Assembly: GCA_963753975.1 (NCBI GenBank)
Contig: CAVWEH010000004.1
Location: forward strand, 1-64,000
Direction of reading: 5' to 3'
From: an uncultured delta proteobacterium
Lineage (GTDB): Bacteria > Desulfobacterota > Syntrophia > Syntrophales > Smithellaceae
Length of the DNA: 64,000 nucleotides
The first letter of the stretch is position 1; every line of letters begins with the position of its first letter. The position numbers were made by a program, and so were the translations under genes. This document shows, piece by piece, positions 9,311 through 18,042 of this stretch. The notes under the pieces are model-generated. The model did no database searches and was not told where the DNA came from. It saw only the letters and a list, made by a program, of their open reading frames with translations.

Positions 9311-9346
9311 AAATCCCCCTCAACCCCCCTTATAAGAAAGGGGGAA
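9311..9346. repeat. REP-like palindrome
   Basis: AATCCCCCTCAACCCCCCTT-ATAAG-AAAGGGGGAA. Confidence 0.55.
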
Positions 9347-9381
9347 GTGTGAGGAGGAAGTATTTTTATAATCTTGACTCT

Positions 9382-10257
9382 ATGGTTTACATTTTTCAGC
9401 AAATTCTCAACGTCCTGCAACTGGGAAGCATCTATGCCTTGATTGCTCTGGGCTACACCATGGTCTATGGCATTTTGACCATGATTAACTTCGCTCACGG
9501 CGATTTATTTATGGTTGGCGCTTTCTTTTGCTTCCTTATCGCCGTTTATCTTAAATTATCCTTTGTGCCGACGCTTCTTCTATCCATGCTGGGAGTTGCC
9601 TTTTTGGGCGTTGTCATCGAGCGCCTGGCCTACAAACCTCTGCGCACTGCTCCGCGCGTGTCGGCTATAATCACCGCTCTTGGCGTCGGGCTTTTTCTGG
9701 AAAACTTTACTCTGGCACTGAGTCCTTATCCTCAACATATCCCCGCTTTGATTACCGACAAGTCATGGATAATAGGCAATGTATCTATTTCTTCTCTGCA
9801 AATTATTATCATCGCTTTATCGCTTTTGCTGATGCTGGTTTTGGATTTTATCGTTCAGCGGACAAAAGCAGGCATGGCAATGCGTGCTATTTCCTGGGAT
9901 AAATCGGTTGTCCCGTTGATGGGCGTGCCTGTGAACAAAATTATCTCTCTGACCTTTGCCATTGGAACGGGCCTGGGTGGCGCAGCAGGAATGATGTACG
10001 GACTCGCCTACCCGGTGATCGATCCCTACATGGGCATTATGATCGGCTGGAAAGCTTTTATCTCGGCTGTCGTCGGCGGCATCGGCAATATCCGTGGCGC
10101 CATGATCGGCGGATTTATCCTCGGCTCGGTGGAAATTATGGTTGCGGCGTTTTTACCCTCCACATACCGTGATTTTGTTGCCTTTACTTTGCTATTAATT
10201 TTACTTATCTTCCGTCCCTACGGTATCCTGGGCAAACCTAATCCGCAAAAGGTGTAA
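9382..10257 (+). CDS. livH: BCAA ABC transporter permease
   Basis: GSIYALIALGYTMVYGIL..INFAHG, AVVGGIGNIRGA, RPYGILG. Confidence 0.95.
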   Translation: MVYIFQQILNVLQLGSIYALIALGYTMVYGILTMINFAHGDLFMVGAFFCFLIAVYLKLSFVPTLLLSMLGVAFLGVVIERLAYKPLRTAPRVSAIITALGVGLFLENFTLALSPYPQHIPALITDKSWIIGNVSISSLQIIIIALSLLLMLVLDFIVQRTKAGMAMRAISWDKSVVPLMGVPVNKIISLTFAIGTGLGGAAGMMYGLAYPVIDPYMGIMIGWKAFISAVVGGIGNIRGAMIGGFILGSVEIMVAAFLPSTYRDFVAFTLLLILLIFRPYGILGKPNPQKV

Positions 10258-10259
10258 TC

Positions 10260-11309
10260 GTGCCGAAGCTAAGCGCTGCATATAATAATCTGCTCGGTAA
10301 ATATCAGGCTCTCATCGCGCATAAGTTATTCTGGCCTATTTTTCTTGTCGCCGGTTTGCTTTTTTCCCTAGCCGCTTCAACTTTCGATATTCTTGATTTG
10401 TATTTACAATTAATTTTGATTTATGTGGGAATCAACATCATCCTCACGGTCAGTCTCAATTTGATTAACGGCTACATGGGCGAGTTTTCTATCGGCCATG
10501 CCGGTTTCATGGCGATTGGGGCTTACATCGCTTCGATTTTAACCGTAAATATTTTTCCATCTTCATCAATCACCTTCCTTTTCCCTGTCGCGGTTTTAGC
10601 CGGCGGACTGGGCGCAGCGCTGGTAGGACTTGTGGTAGCCGTACCTTCTTTTAAAACACGTGGCGATTATCTGGCTATCGTCACTCTGGCTTTCGGCATG
10701 ATTGTCAAATCCGGAATCGAAAACATCGATGCCCTTGGCGGGCCGCGTGGTTTTTTGGGCATGGAAAAACTGACCACTTTGCCGTGGGTGTTTTTCTGGA
10801 CGGTATTATCGTTATGGGTTATCCGTAATCTTGTTTATTCGAAATTCGGGCGCGGCGTTCTTTCCATTCGCGAGGACGAAATTGCCAGCGACCTCATGGG
10901 TGTGAATACTCGCCAGGTTAAAGTTATTGCCTTTGTTGTTTCCTCATTCTTCGCCGGAATCGCCGGCGGTTTGTTCGCTCACACCCTGCAATATATAAAT
11001 CCGCGAATGTTCGACATTATTAAATCCACCGATATTTTAATCATGGTTTATCTGGGCGGCATCGCTTCCATTGCCGGCTCCATTTTAGGGGCTATCATCT
11101 ACACAATCCTTTTGGAAATATTGAGACCGCTGGGCATCTGGCGCATGGTCTTCATGCCGCTCATGCTTGTCTTGCTCATGATCTACCGCCCCCGCGGTAT
11201 TATGGGTATGCGGGAAGCGCGTCTGTTCGTACCGCTGCGTGATTTGCTCGCGGTGAAACTTTGGAGACAAAAGAAAAAGGATGCCCACGATGTCTCTACT
11301 GGAGATTAA
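10260..11309 (+). CDS. livM: BCAA ABC transporter permease
   Basis: SIGHAGFMAIGAY, RGDYLAIVTLAFG, IREDEIA. Confidence 0.95.
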   Translation: MPKLSAAYNNLLGKYQALIAHKLFWPIFLVAGLLFSLAASTFDILDLYLQLILIYVGINIILTVSLNLINGYMGEFSIGHAGFMAIGAYIASILTVNIFPSSSITFLFPVAVLAGGLGAALVGLVVAVPSFKTRGDYLAIVTLAFGMIVKSGIENIDALGGPRGFLGMEKLTTLPWVFFWTVLSLWVIRNLVYSKFGRGVLSIREDEIASDLMGVNTRQVKVIAFVVSSFFAGIAGGLFAHTLQYINPRMFDIIKSTDILIMVYLGGIASIAGSILGAIIYTILLEILRPLGIWRMVFMPLMLVLLMIYRPRGIMGMREARLFVPLRDLLAVKLWRQKKKDAHDVSTGD

Positions 11310-12060
11310 GAATCTCACTCATCGCTTTGAGGGATTATGCGCAGTCTCCGATTTCAACTTCACGCTCGCGGTAAACGAGTTAGTCGGCATTATCGGACCC
11401 AACGGCGCGGGAAAAACGACCGTCTTTAATTTGATAACCGGCGTCTACCGTGCCACGGAAGGTAGTATCAACTTTTCTGGTGATGAACTTGTCGGCAGGA
11501 CTCCGCATCAGATAACTAAACTGGGCATAGCCCGCACCTTTCAGAATATCCGCCTGTTTAAGGAGCTGTCTGTACTGGACAATGTGCGCATAGCGCGTTA
11601 CGGACAGGCAATTTATAGTCCGCTGGAAGCGCTTTTGCACATGGGGCGTTACAATACAGAAGAAAAAAGAATCACCCATCACGCGATGGAATTATTAGCG
11701 ATTTTTAAGCTCGATCACGCGGCGAGTGAACGATCCAAAAACCTGCCTTACGGTTTACAGCGCAAGTTGGAAATTGCGCGGGCGCTGGCGACAAACCCCC
11801 AACTGCTATTGCTCGATGAACCAGCCGCGGGCATGAATCCCAACGAAATCAAACAGCTCATGGAATTTATCGGGTGGATCAGAAAAACTTTTCAGGTAAC
11901 GATTATCCTGATTGAACATCAGATGCGGCTGGTGATGGGCATTTGTGAACGCCTGGTGGTTCTCGATTTCGGCGCGACAATTGCGGAAGGCCTGCCTGCG
12001 CAAATTCAAAATAATGCAAAAGTAATGGAAGCCTATCTAGGCGAGGAAACAGTGAAATAA
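11290..12060 (+). CDS. livG: BCAA ABC transporter ATPase
   Basis: GPNGAGKTT, ARTFQNIRLF, LPYGLQRKLEIARAL, LLDEPAAG. Confidence 0.95.
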   Translation: MSLLEIKNLTHRFEGLCAVSDFNFTLAVNELVGIIGPNGAGKTTVFNLITGVYRATEGSINFSGDELVGRTPHQITKLGIARTFQNIRLFKELSVLDNVRIARYGQAIYSPLEALLHMGRYNTEEKRITHHAMELLAIFKLDHAASERSKNLPYGLQRKLEIARALATNPQLLLLDEPAAGMNPNEIKQLMEFIGWIRKTFQVTIILIEHQMRLVMGICERLVVLDFGATIAEGLPAQIQNNAKVMEAYLGEETVK

Positions 12061-12776
12061 TGCGTAGTGATTTACTTCTTTCAGTCTGCAACCTGAATGT
12101 CACGTATGGCAGCATCGATGCCGTCAAGGATGTCTCGTTTGACGTGGGCGGCCGTGAAATAGTTGCGCTGATCGGCGCCAACGGCGCAGGAAAATCTTCC
12201 ATCCTCAAAGCCATATCGGGCATTATTCCATACAAGGGAAGCATCAGTTATAAGGGCGATGATTTGAAGACGATTGCTGCGGATAGAATTGTAGCCAGGG
12301 GAATTGCCCAAGTGCCGGAAGGCCGCGGCATATTCGGCAATCTGACCGTGCGGGAAAACTTGCAATTAGCCACATGGCAGAGAAAAAACAAAAATGAAAT
12401 TGCCCGTGATTATGAACGTGTTTTTGCGCTATTTCCAAGGCTTCGCGAACGAAAGCGACAGCTCGGCGGCATGCTTTCGGGCGGCGAGCAACAGATGCTG
12501 GCTGTTGGCAGGGCATTGATGAGCGATGCGGAATTGCTTTTATTGGATGAACCCTCGATGGGTCTGTCTCCTGTTTTGGTCCGCGATATTTTTCTGATTC
12601 TCGTAGAAATAAATAAAGCCGGAAAAACTATTCTCTTAGTTGAGCAAAATGCCAATATGTCTTTGCATATCGCCAACCGTGGTTATGTTCTGGAAACAGG
12701 CAGCATCGTTCTTGCAGGCAGCGGCAAAGAACTGATGGGTGATCCAAGGGTGAAACAAGCGTATTTGGGTGGTTAA
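12060..12776 (+). CDS. livF: BCAA ABC transporter ATPase
   Basis: GANGAGKSS, VPEGRGIF, LSGGEQQML, LVEQNA. Confidence 0.95.
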   Translation: MRSDLLLSVCNLNVTYGSIDAVKDVSFDVGGREIVALIGANGAGKSSILKAISGIIPYKGSISYKGDDLKTIAADRIVARGIAQVPEGRGIFGNLTVRENLQLATWQRKNKNEIARDYERVFALFPRLRERKRQLGGMLSGGEQQMLAVGRALMSDAELLLLDEPSMGLSPVLVRDIFLILVEINKAGKTILLVEQNANMSLHIANRGYVLETGSIVLAGSGKELMGDPRVKQAYLGG

Positions 12777-12951
12777 AGGTTCAAGGATCACGGTTCTAGT
12801 AACTAGGTACAAGGCGAACGTTTCAAGCGCAGCCCGGCGAATGCCGGGGAAGCTTACCTCGGCGGCTGATTCCATACTCCACGTCATTCCGGCGAAGGAG
12901 ACTTGACAACGTTCAGAATCAAACCATTCTTTACGGTTGTTTTGCTGTCTA

Positions 12952-12980
12952 TTGACACACAAACCACTTTTTCATATACT
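12952..12980 (+). promoter_or_regulatory. sigma70 promoter
   Basis: TTGACA-17 nt-TATACT, 42 nt upstream of ATG 13023. Confidence 0.75.
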
Positions 12981-13022
12981 TTGACTACGAAAACAGAAGC
13001 ATCTCAAAGAAAGGTTGGGCAA

Positions 13023-14090
13023 ATGAGAACAATCCGTAAATATGCTTTAGAAGCCGTCACCATAGCGGTTTTAGGATCAATATTAATGTCTGCACCCGCA
13101 TCTGCGTGCTCGCGCGTTCTTTGGTCGGATAGCGGTAATGCGGTTATGGTCGGACGTACGATGGATTGGTTTGAGGATATGAAAACCAACCTTTGGGTAC
13201 TGCCCCGCGGCATCTCGCGCGATGGCGCTACAGAAAAAAATACTCTCCACTGGACTGCAAAATACGGCAGCGTGGTGGCTACGGGTTATGACATGGCTAC
13301 CGCCGACGGTATCAACGAAGCCGGCCTGACGGCAAATATCTTGTGGCTGGCGGAAGCCGATTACGGAAAGCGCGATGAAACCATCCCCGGACTTTCGATC
13401 AGCCTGTGGGCGCAATACATGCTGGATAATTTTGCCGCCGTTAATGAAGCTGTCGAATTCATGAATAAGAATTCCTTTCAGTTAGTGACCGCCGTTGTGC
13501 CGGCACGCAAAGAAAAAGCAACCGTGCATCTTTCCTTGGCCGATGCGTCGGGTGATTCGGCGATAATTGAATATACTGACGGTAAACCCAAAATTTATCA
13601 CGATCGCAAGTTTACCGTGATGACGAATTCGCCGTTATTTGAAGAACAACTTGCCAATCTGAAACAATACAAAGCTTTCGGCGGAGACAAAGATCTACCA
13701 GGCTCCAATGAAGCTGCCGACCGGTTTGTCCGCGCCGCCAGTTATCTTACAACCTTGCCCAAACCCAATACCTACCGGGAGAATGTGGCTTACATCCTCA
13801 GTGTCGTGCGCAACATCTCTGCGCCTTTTTCCGCTTCCGGTGATCCAAAACGTCCGAATATTTCCGCCACCCGCTGGAGAACCGTGGCCGATCTCACAAA
13901 CAGAGTTTATTATTTTGAATCCACCGTAAGCCCGAATATCGTCTGGGTCCAGCTGGGCAAGCTTAATTTTAAAGAGGGAACTTCCGTCAGGAAACTGGAC
14001 TTGACAACACAATTCGACCTTATCGGCGACGTGTCCGGAAAATTCAAGAAAGCCAAGCCGTTTATCTTTGCCCCGGCCGGGCTTCCTTGA
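13023..14090 (+). CDS. Secreted linear amide C-N hydrolase (choloylglycine hydrolase/penicillin V acylase family)
   Basis: Signal peptide ASA| exposing the nucleophile Cys (CSR), GRTMDW, DGINEAGL, MTNSP, DRFVRA. Confidence 0.92.
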   Translation: MRTIRKYALEAVTIAVLGSILMSAPASACSRVLWSDSGNAVMVGRTMDWFEDMKTNLWVLPRGISRDGATEKNTLHWTAKYGSVVATGYDMATADGINEAGLTANILWLAEADYGKRDETIPGLSISLWAQYMLDNFAAVNEAVEFMNKNSFQLVTAVVPARKEKATVHLSLADASGDSAIIEYTDGKPKIYHDRKFTVMTNSPLFEEQLANLKQYKAFGGDKDLPGSNEAADRFVRAASYLTTLPKPNTYRENVAYILSVVRNISAPFSASGDPKRPNISATRWRTVADLTNRVYYFESTVSPNIVWVQLGKLNFKEGTSVRKLDLTTQFDLIGDVSGKFKKAKPFIFAPAGLP

Positions 14091-14339
14091 GCACTAATTA
14101 TTAATCAGATAATTTGTGCCTTAGGACGAAATTATCTTAACCGTAGGCGTAAAGACAGCCTGTAAATCATACTTCCTGTTATCTACAAATCGTCAACCTC
14201 GATGAAAATGCAGGACCTCAATCCGCGACAAAGACAATTCTATGCAACGACAAACATCGACACCACACATCATATTAAAGCAAGCCTGGGAAACTTGATA
14301 TTACTTATCAAAAGCATTGCGCTGTGTTAGAAGAGTGTC

Positions 14340-15698
14340 ATGTCAATATGGAAACAGAAAAGTAAGATTCTGGTAACTTGCCCCAAAGGCGTCTCGCCTT
14401 ATTTGAAGACGGAGATCGAAGCCCTGGGATTCCCCGTTCTGGCGGAGCTGGATACGGCAATTCAAACCGAAGGAACTCTCGAAGACACCTTGATCTTAAA
14501 TCTGCATTTGCGTACCGCCCAGCGAGTTCTCTACCAACTTGCGACTTTAAGTGTCAATACACCGGGCAGTCTCTATGGAAAGCTAAATGCTATCCCCTGG
14601 GAAACTCTCCTTCATGATTCCGGCAAGGCGGCTTACGTCTGTGTAACCTCGATCGTCGATAATCCTCTTATTACCGATTCCCGCTTCGTCAACGTCAGGG
14701 TCAAAGATGCCATTGTGGATCGAATTCGCGACAAATGCGGCAGGCGGCCTGATTCCGGCCCGGATAAAGACAAAGCGGTTATCCATGTTTATTGGAAAAA
14801 TGATCAGGCCTATGTTTATCTGGATACTTCAGGAGAGCGGCTCTCCCTGCGCGGATACCGTAAAATTCCCCTGCAAGCGCCCATGCAGGAAACATTGGCC
14901 GCGGCGGTTGTCATAGCTACCGGATGGAAAGACGACGAAATATTTATCAATCCCATGTGCGGGAGCGGAACGCTGGCGATTGAAGCGGCATTCATCGCCC
15001 TCAACCGCGCGCCCGGTTTACTCCGGAATAATTACGGCTTCATGTTCATCAAAGAATTTCCCGAAGCTCTCTGGCTGGCCTTGCGCAAAAAAGCCAAGGA
15101 TAGCAGTAAAAAGAAACTACCGGCAAAAATTATCGCCACGGATATTGATAAAAATGCAGTTCTGGCGGCCAAACAAAACGCTCAAACCGCCGGTGTCGAG
15201 CACCTGATCGAATTTAATACCTGCGCTTATGAAAATACTACCATCCCGGAAGGCGACGGTATAATCATTTTAAATCCTCCTTATGGCGAGCGCATGGGTG
15301 CAATCAGCAATAAGACAGAATACCTCAGGAGTAAAGAGGAAACGACACGCGGGCACAAAATCATTATCCGCAAATTCTCTGATAGGCCAAACAAAGCCAG
15401 CCGCATCTCATCAGGTGAACTGGTACGGCTGGAAGCGATTTATCAGGGTATTGGCGATTTTTTTAAAAGCATCGGCGGCGGCTACCGCGGCTATATTTTT
15501 ACCGGCAATTTAGAGATGATTAAGAAGGTGGGCTTGAGAACCAAACAACGCATTGTTTTCTATAATGGCGAGATCGAATGCCGCCTTCTCGAATACGAAC
15601 TATACGCAGGCAGCCGCAGGTCATCATGCCTGTCAATGCTGTTAATCATCTCGGTGCTTGTCTTTCCTGTAATATTTTATTTATTGATATCCTCTTGA
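14340..15698 (+). CDS. THUMP-domain class I SAM RNA methyltransferase (RlmL-like)
   Basis: DTSGERLSLRGYR, APMQETLAAA, NPMCGSGT, NPPYGER, NGEIECRL. The hydrophobic tail after YAGS is doubtful. Confidence 0.9.
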   Translation: MSIWKQKSKILVTCPKGVSPYLKTEIEALGFPVLAELDTAIQTEGTLEDTLILNLHLRTAQRVLYQLATLSVNTPGSLYGKLNAIPWETLLHDSGKAAYVCVTSIVDNPLITDSRFVNVRVKDAIVDRIRDKCGRRPDSGPDKDKAVIHVYWKNDQAYVYLDTSGERLSLRGYRKIPLQAPMQETLAAAVVIATGWKDDEIFINPMCGSGTLAIEAAFIALNRAPGLLRNNYGFMFIKEFPEALWLALRKKAKDSSKKKLPAKIIATDIDKNAVLAAKQNAQTAGVEHLIEFNTCAYENTTIPEGDGIIILNPPYGERMGAISNKTEYLRSKEETTRGHKIIIRKFSDRPNKASRISSGELVRLEAIYQGIGDFFKSIGGGYRGYIFTGNLEMIKKVGLRTKQRIVFYNGEIECRLLEYELYAGSRRSSCLSMLLIISVLVFPVIFYLLISS

Positions 15699-15723
15699 CA
15701 ACTGTAACCCGGAAAGTTAGAAT
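15695..15723 (+). promoter_or_regulatory. sigma70 promoter upstream of the kinase (about 240-nt leader)
   Basis: TTGACA-17 nt-TAGAAT. Confidence 0.6.
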
Positions 15724-15965
15724 TTACAACATTATAGAACGTTTTGTTATTGATGCTGGGAAGCTTTTTCCATGTATGGTAACTTATTTAAAGCAGATAA
15801 GCTGGCACTGTGGTTACTCTAAGCATTCAACACAAATCCGGAATTATGGTTGAATCTGCAAAAATATGATGATCTCCGGCATGTGGCTAAAGCGATGACC
15901 GTTTTGCGGGTAATGCGAAATAATTTATTTATTCACATAAGAATATTACGGTAAAGATAAGTATT

Positions 15966-17372
15966 ATGTCCCCCGAATCCGAATTACTTCCCATAAAACT
16001 GGGCCGTTACGAAATCCTGTCCGAATTGGGAAAAGGCGCCATGGGCATAGTCTACAAGGCTGTCGATCCGCTTATAGACCGCATTGTCGCTATCAAAACC
16101 ATCAACCTCAACTTGTCCGGGGATGAAATCGCCGGTTTCGTAGAACGTTTTAATCGCGAAGCCAAATCTGCCGGCCGTCTGAACCACCCCAACATTGTCA
16201 CCATCTACGACGTCGGCAGAACCGATGATACCGCTTTTATAGCTATGGAACACCTGGAAGGGCAAGAGCTGAAGAAAATCATCGCTTCCAAACAGATACT
16301 ACAACCGGACAGGATAGCCGAGATAACGGCCCAGGTCGCTGACGCCCTCGCGTTTGCTCACGACCACGGCGTTGTGCACCGCGATATTAAACCTGCCAAT
16401 ATCATGATCCTACGCAATGGTATAGTAAAAATCATGGATTTTGGCATCGCCATGACATCAGCGGGCTCCCAAACCCAAGCCGGCATTATTCTCGGCTCTC
16501 CCAAGTATATGTCGCCGGAACAAATATCCGGAAAAGCTGTAGACGGCCGTTCCGACATTTTTTCTCTGGGAGCCTTACTGTATGAACTGCTTACCGGCAT
16601 TTCCGCCTTCGGCCGTGGAAGCGACAGTACCCTCACCTCCACCATGTATCAGGTGATTAATGAAATACCGAACTTGCCAACAACGATCAATCCTTCTATT
16701 CCCGCGGCATTCGACTATATTGTTTCCAAAGCCCTGGCAAAGAAACCGGAAGAACGTTACCCATCGGCGCGGGAAATGGCCGATGATCTCAGAAACTTTA
16801 AGAATCTAAACATCCCCGCTCGATTAGTTTTCACCGCTTTGCCCAAGAAAAGGTTTGATGAACATTCTCAGAAAGATGAAGAATCCACCGTGCTGATGAG
16901 AATCAATAAACGGCCCGCAATTCTCGGATGGAGTTGGCAGAAAAAGATGAGCGGCGTGGCAATAGCCGTATTTTTTCTGGCAGCCGCGGCACTATTCATT
17001 TATACTCAGCACGAACCTGAAAAAAAGGCCGCCGCTGATAAAGGATCAGCAATAGGAATTAATGCTTTGGCACCCACCGTAAAGCAGCCGCCTGATCAGA
17101 GTAAAGATAAAAAGATAAGCGGCCGATCGAAAGTAAGCAAAAATCCAAAAATTGCCGTTCCCGCCAAGGCCAATCTCAATTTTACAGTTCTTCCTTGGGG
17201 TGAAGTATTTATCGATGGAAAAAGCAGGGGGGCATCACCGCCGCTCAAGAAGATCAAGCTCTCGCCCGGCAGACACCGGATAGAAATCAAGAATTCTACC
17301 TTTTCATCCTATCGTAAAATGGTAAAATTGAAGGCCGGAGAAACCATGAAAATCCGGCACAAATTCAACTAA
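15966..17372 (+). CDS. Hanks-type Ser/Thr protein kinase with TM helix and C-terminal PEGA-like domain
   Basis: LGKGAMG, VAIK, HRDIKPAN, DFG, YMSPEQ, SDIFSLG; TM GVAIAVFFLAAAALFIY; PWGEVFIDGKSRG..P..L.PGRH.IEI. Confidence 0.95.
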   Translation: MSPESELLPIKLGRYEILSELGKGAMGIVYKAVDPLIDRIVAIKTINLNLSGDEIAGFVERFNREAKSAGRLNHPNIVTIYDVGRTDDTAFIAMEHLEGQELKKIIASKQILQPDRIAEITAQVADALAFAHDHGVVHRDIKPANIMILRNGIVKIMDFGIAMTSAGSQTQAGIILGSPKYMSPEQISGKAVDGRSDIFSLGALLYELLTGISAFGRGSDSTLTSTMYQVINEIPNLPTTINPSIPAAFDYIVSKALAKKPEERYPSAREMADDLRNFKNLNIPARLVFTALPKKRFDEHSQKDEESTVLMRINKRPAILGWSWQKKMSGVAIAVFFLAAAALFIYTQHEPEKKAAADKGSAIGINALAPTVKQPPDQSKDKKISGRSKVSKNPKIAVPAKANLNFTVLPWGEVFIDGKSRGASPPLKKIKLSPGRHRIEIKNSTFSSYRKMVKLKAGETMKIRHKFN

Positions 17373-17382
17373 AGGAGAATTA

Positions 17383-17505
17383 TACCATTTTTAAATCAAA
17401 GAAGATATCGAGACGGCAAGGAGGAGGCGACGAGGCGTATTGTACATACGTTGAGGAAGCCGACGACGCTGCTAACAAAGATAGCACTTTGATTTGGCAG
17501 TGGTA
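17383..17505. mobile_element. MITE-like structured repeat, family 1, copy 2 (complete, 123 bp)
   Basis: Terminal inverted repeats TACCA....AAATCAAAG / CTTTGATTT....TGGTA, flanked by TTA on both sides; core shared with 7204-7306. Confidence 0.8.
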
Positions 17506-17515
17506 TTACACAATT

Positions 17516-17920
17516 ATGCGTTTCTGCCTGGTAATCACAATATCTGCAACGTTCCTACTTACCAGCATCGGTTGTTCTTCCGGACCGATCAGGGCCATCG
17601 GAGTTGATAAGCTCTCGCTGAGCAAAGCAAACCGGTTACTATCTACAGGCATACAAAGCTACGAAGACGGCAACTATAAAATCGCGGCGAAAGATCTGCA
17701 AAGAGCACTGGATATGGGCTTAACTTTCGCGAGCGATGCCGTGCAAGCGCATAAGTACCTGGCCTTTATTCATTGTTTGTCGAACCAAGAAAAGCAGTGC
17801 CGCGATGAATTCAAAAAAGCACTCGAGAAAGATAGCAAATTCGACCTAAAACCGGAAGAAGCGGGACATCCTATCTGGGGCCCCGTATTCCGCTCGGTAA
17901 AGGCGGAAGGCAAGAAATAG
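17516..17920 (+). CDS. TPR-like lipoprotein resembling the TssQ family (T6SS-associated lipoprotein)
   Basis: Lipobox SIGC; GIQSYEDGNY, AHKYLAFIHC..QC, EAGHPIWGPVF match my recollection of TssQ-family proteins (no search run). Confidence 0.7.
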   Translation: MRFCLVITISATFLLTSIGCSSGPIRAIGVDKLSLSKANRLLSTGIQSYEDGNYKIAAKDLQRALDMGLTFASDAVQAHKYLAFIHCLSNQEKQCRDEFKKALEKDSKFDLKPEEAGHPIWGPVFRSVKAEGKK

Positions 17921-18042
17921 GCTATTTGAACAGAATGTGTAATTTATGTAATTCAGCGACATAATACCTAGTTGCGTTACCATATTTTTCCCTATCAGTA
18001 CTCAATTATCTTATCCTGGCAAAAAATGAAGGCAACCCAATA

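Noticed and set aside
12780..12900. Short palindromes CCCGGCGAATGCCGGG and GTCATTCCGGCGAAGG
   Set aside because: Fragmentary REP-like remnants (first one shared with 8704-8721); no further structure supportable.
14091..14156. Integron attC-like hairpin (AGATAATTT/AAATTATCT)
   Set aside because: Lacks proper RYYYAAC and GTTRRRY boxes; single copy; no integrase.
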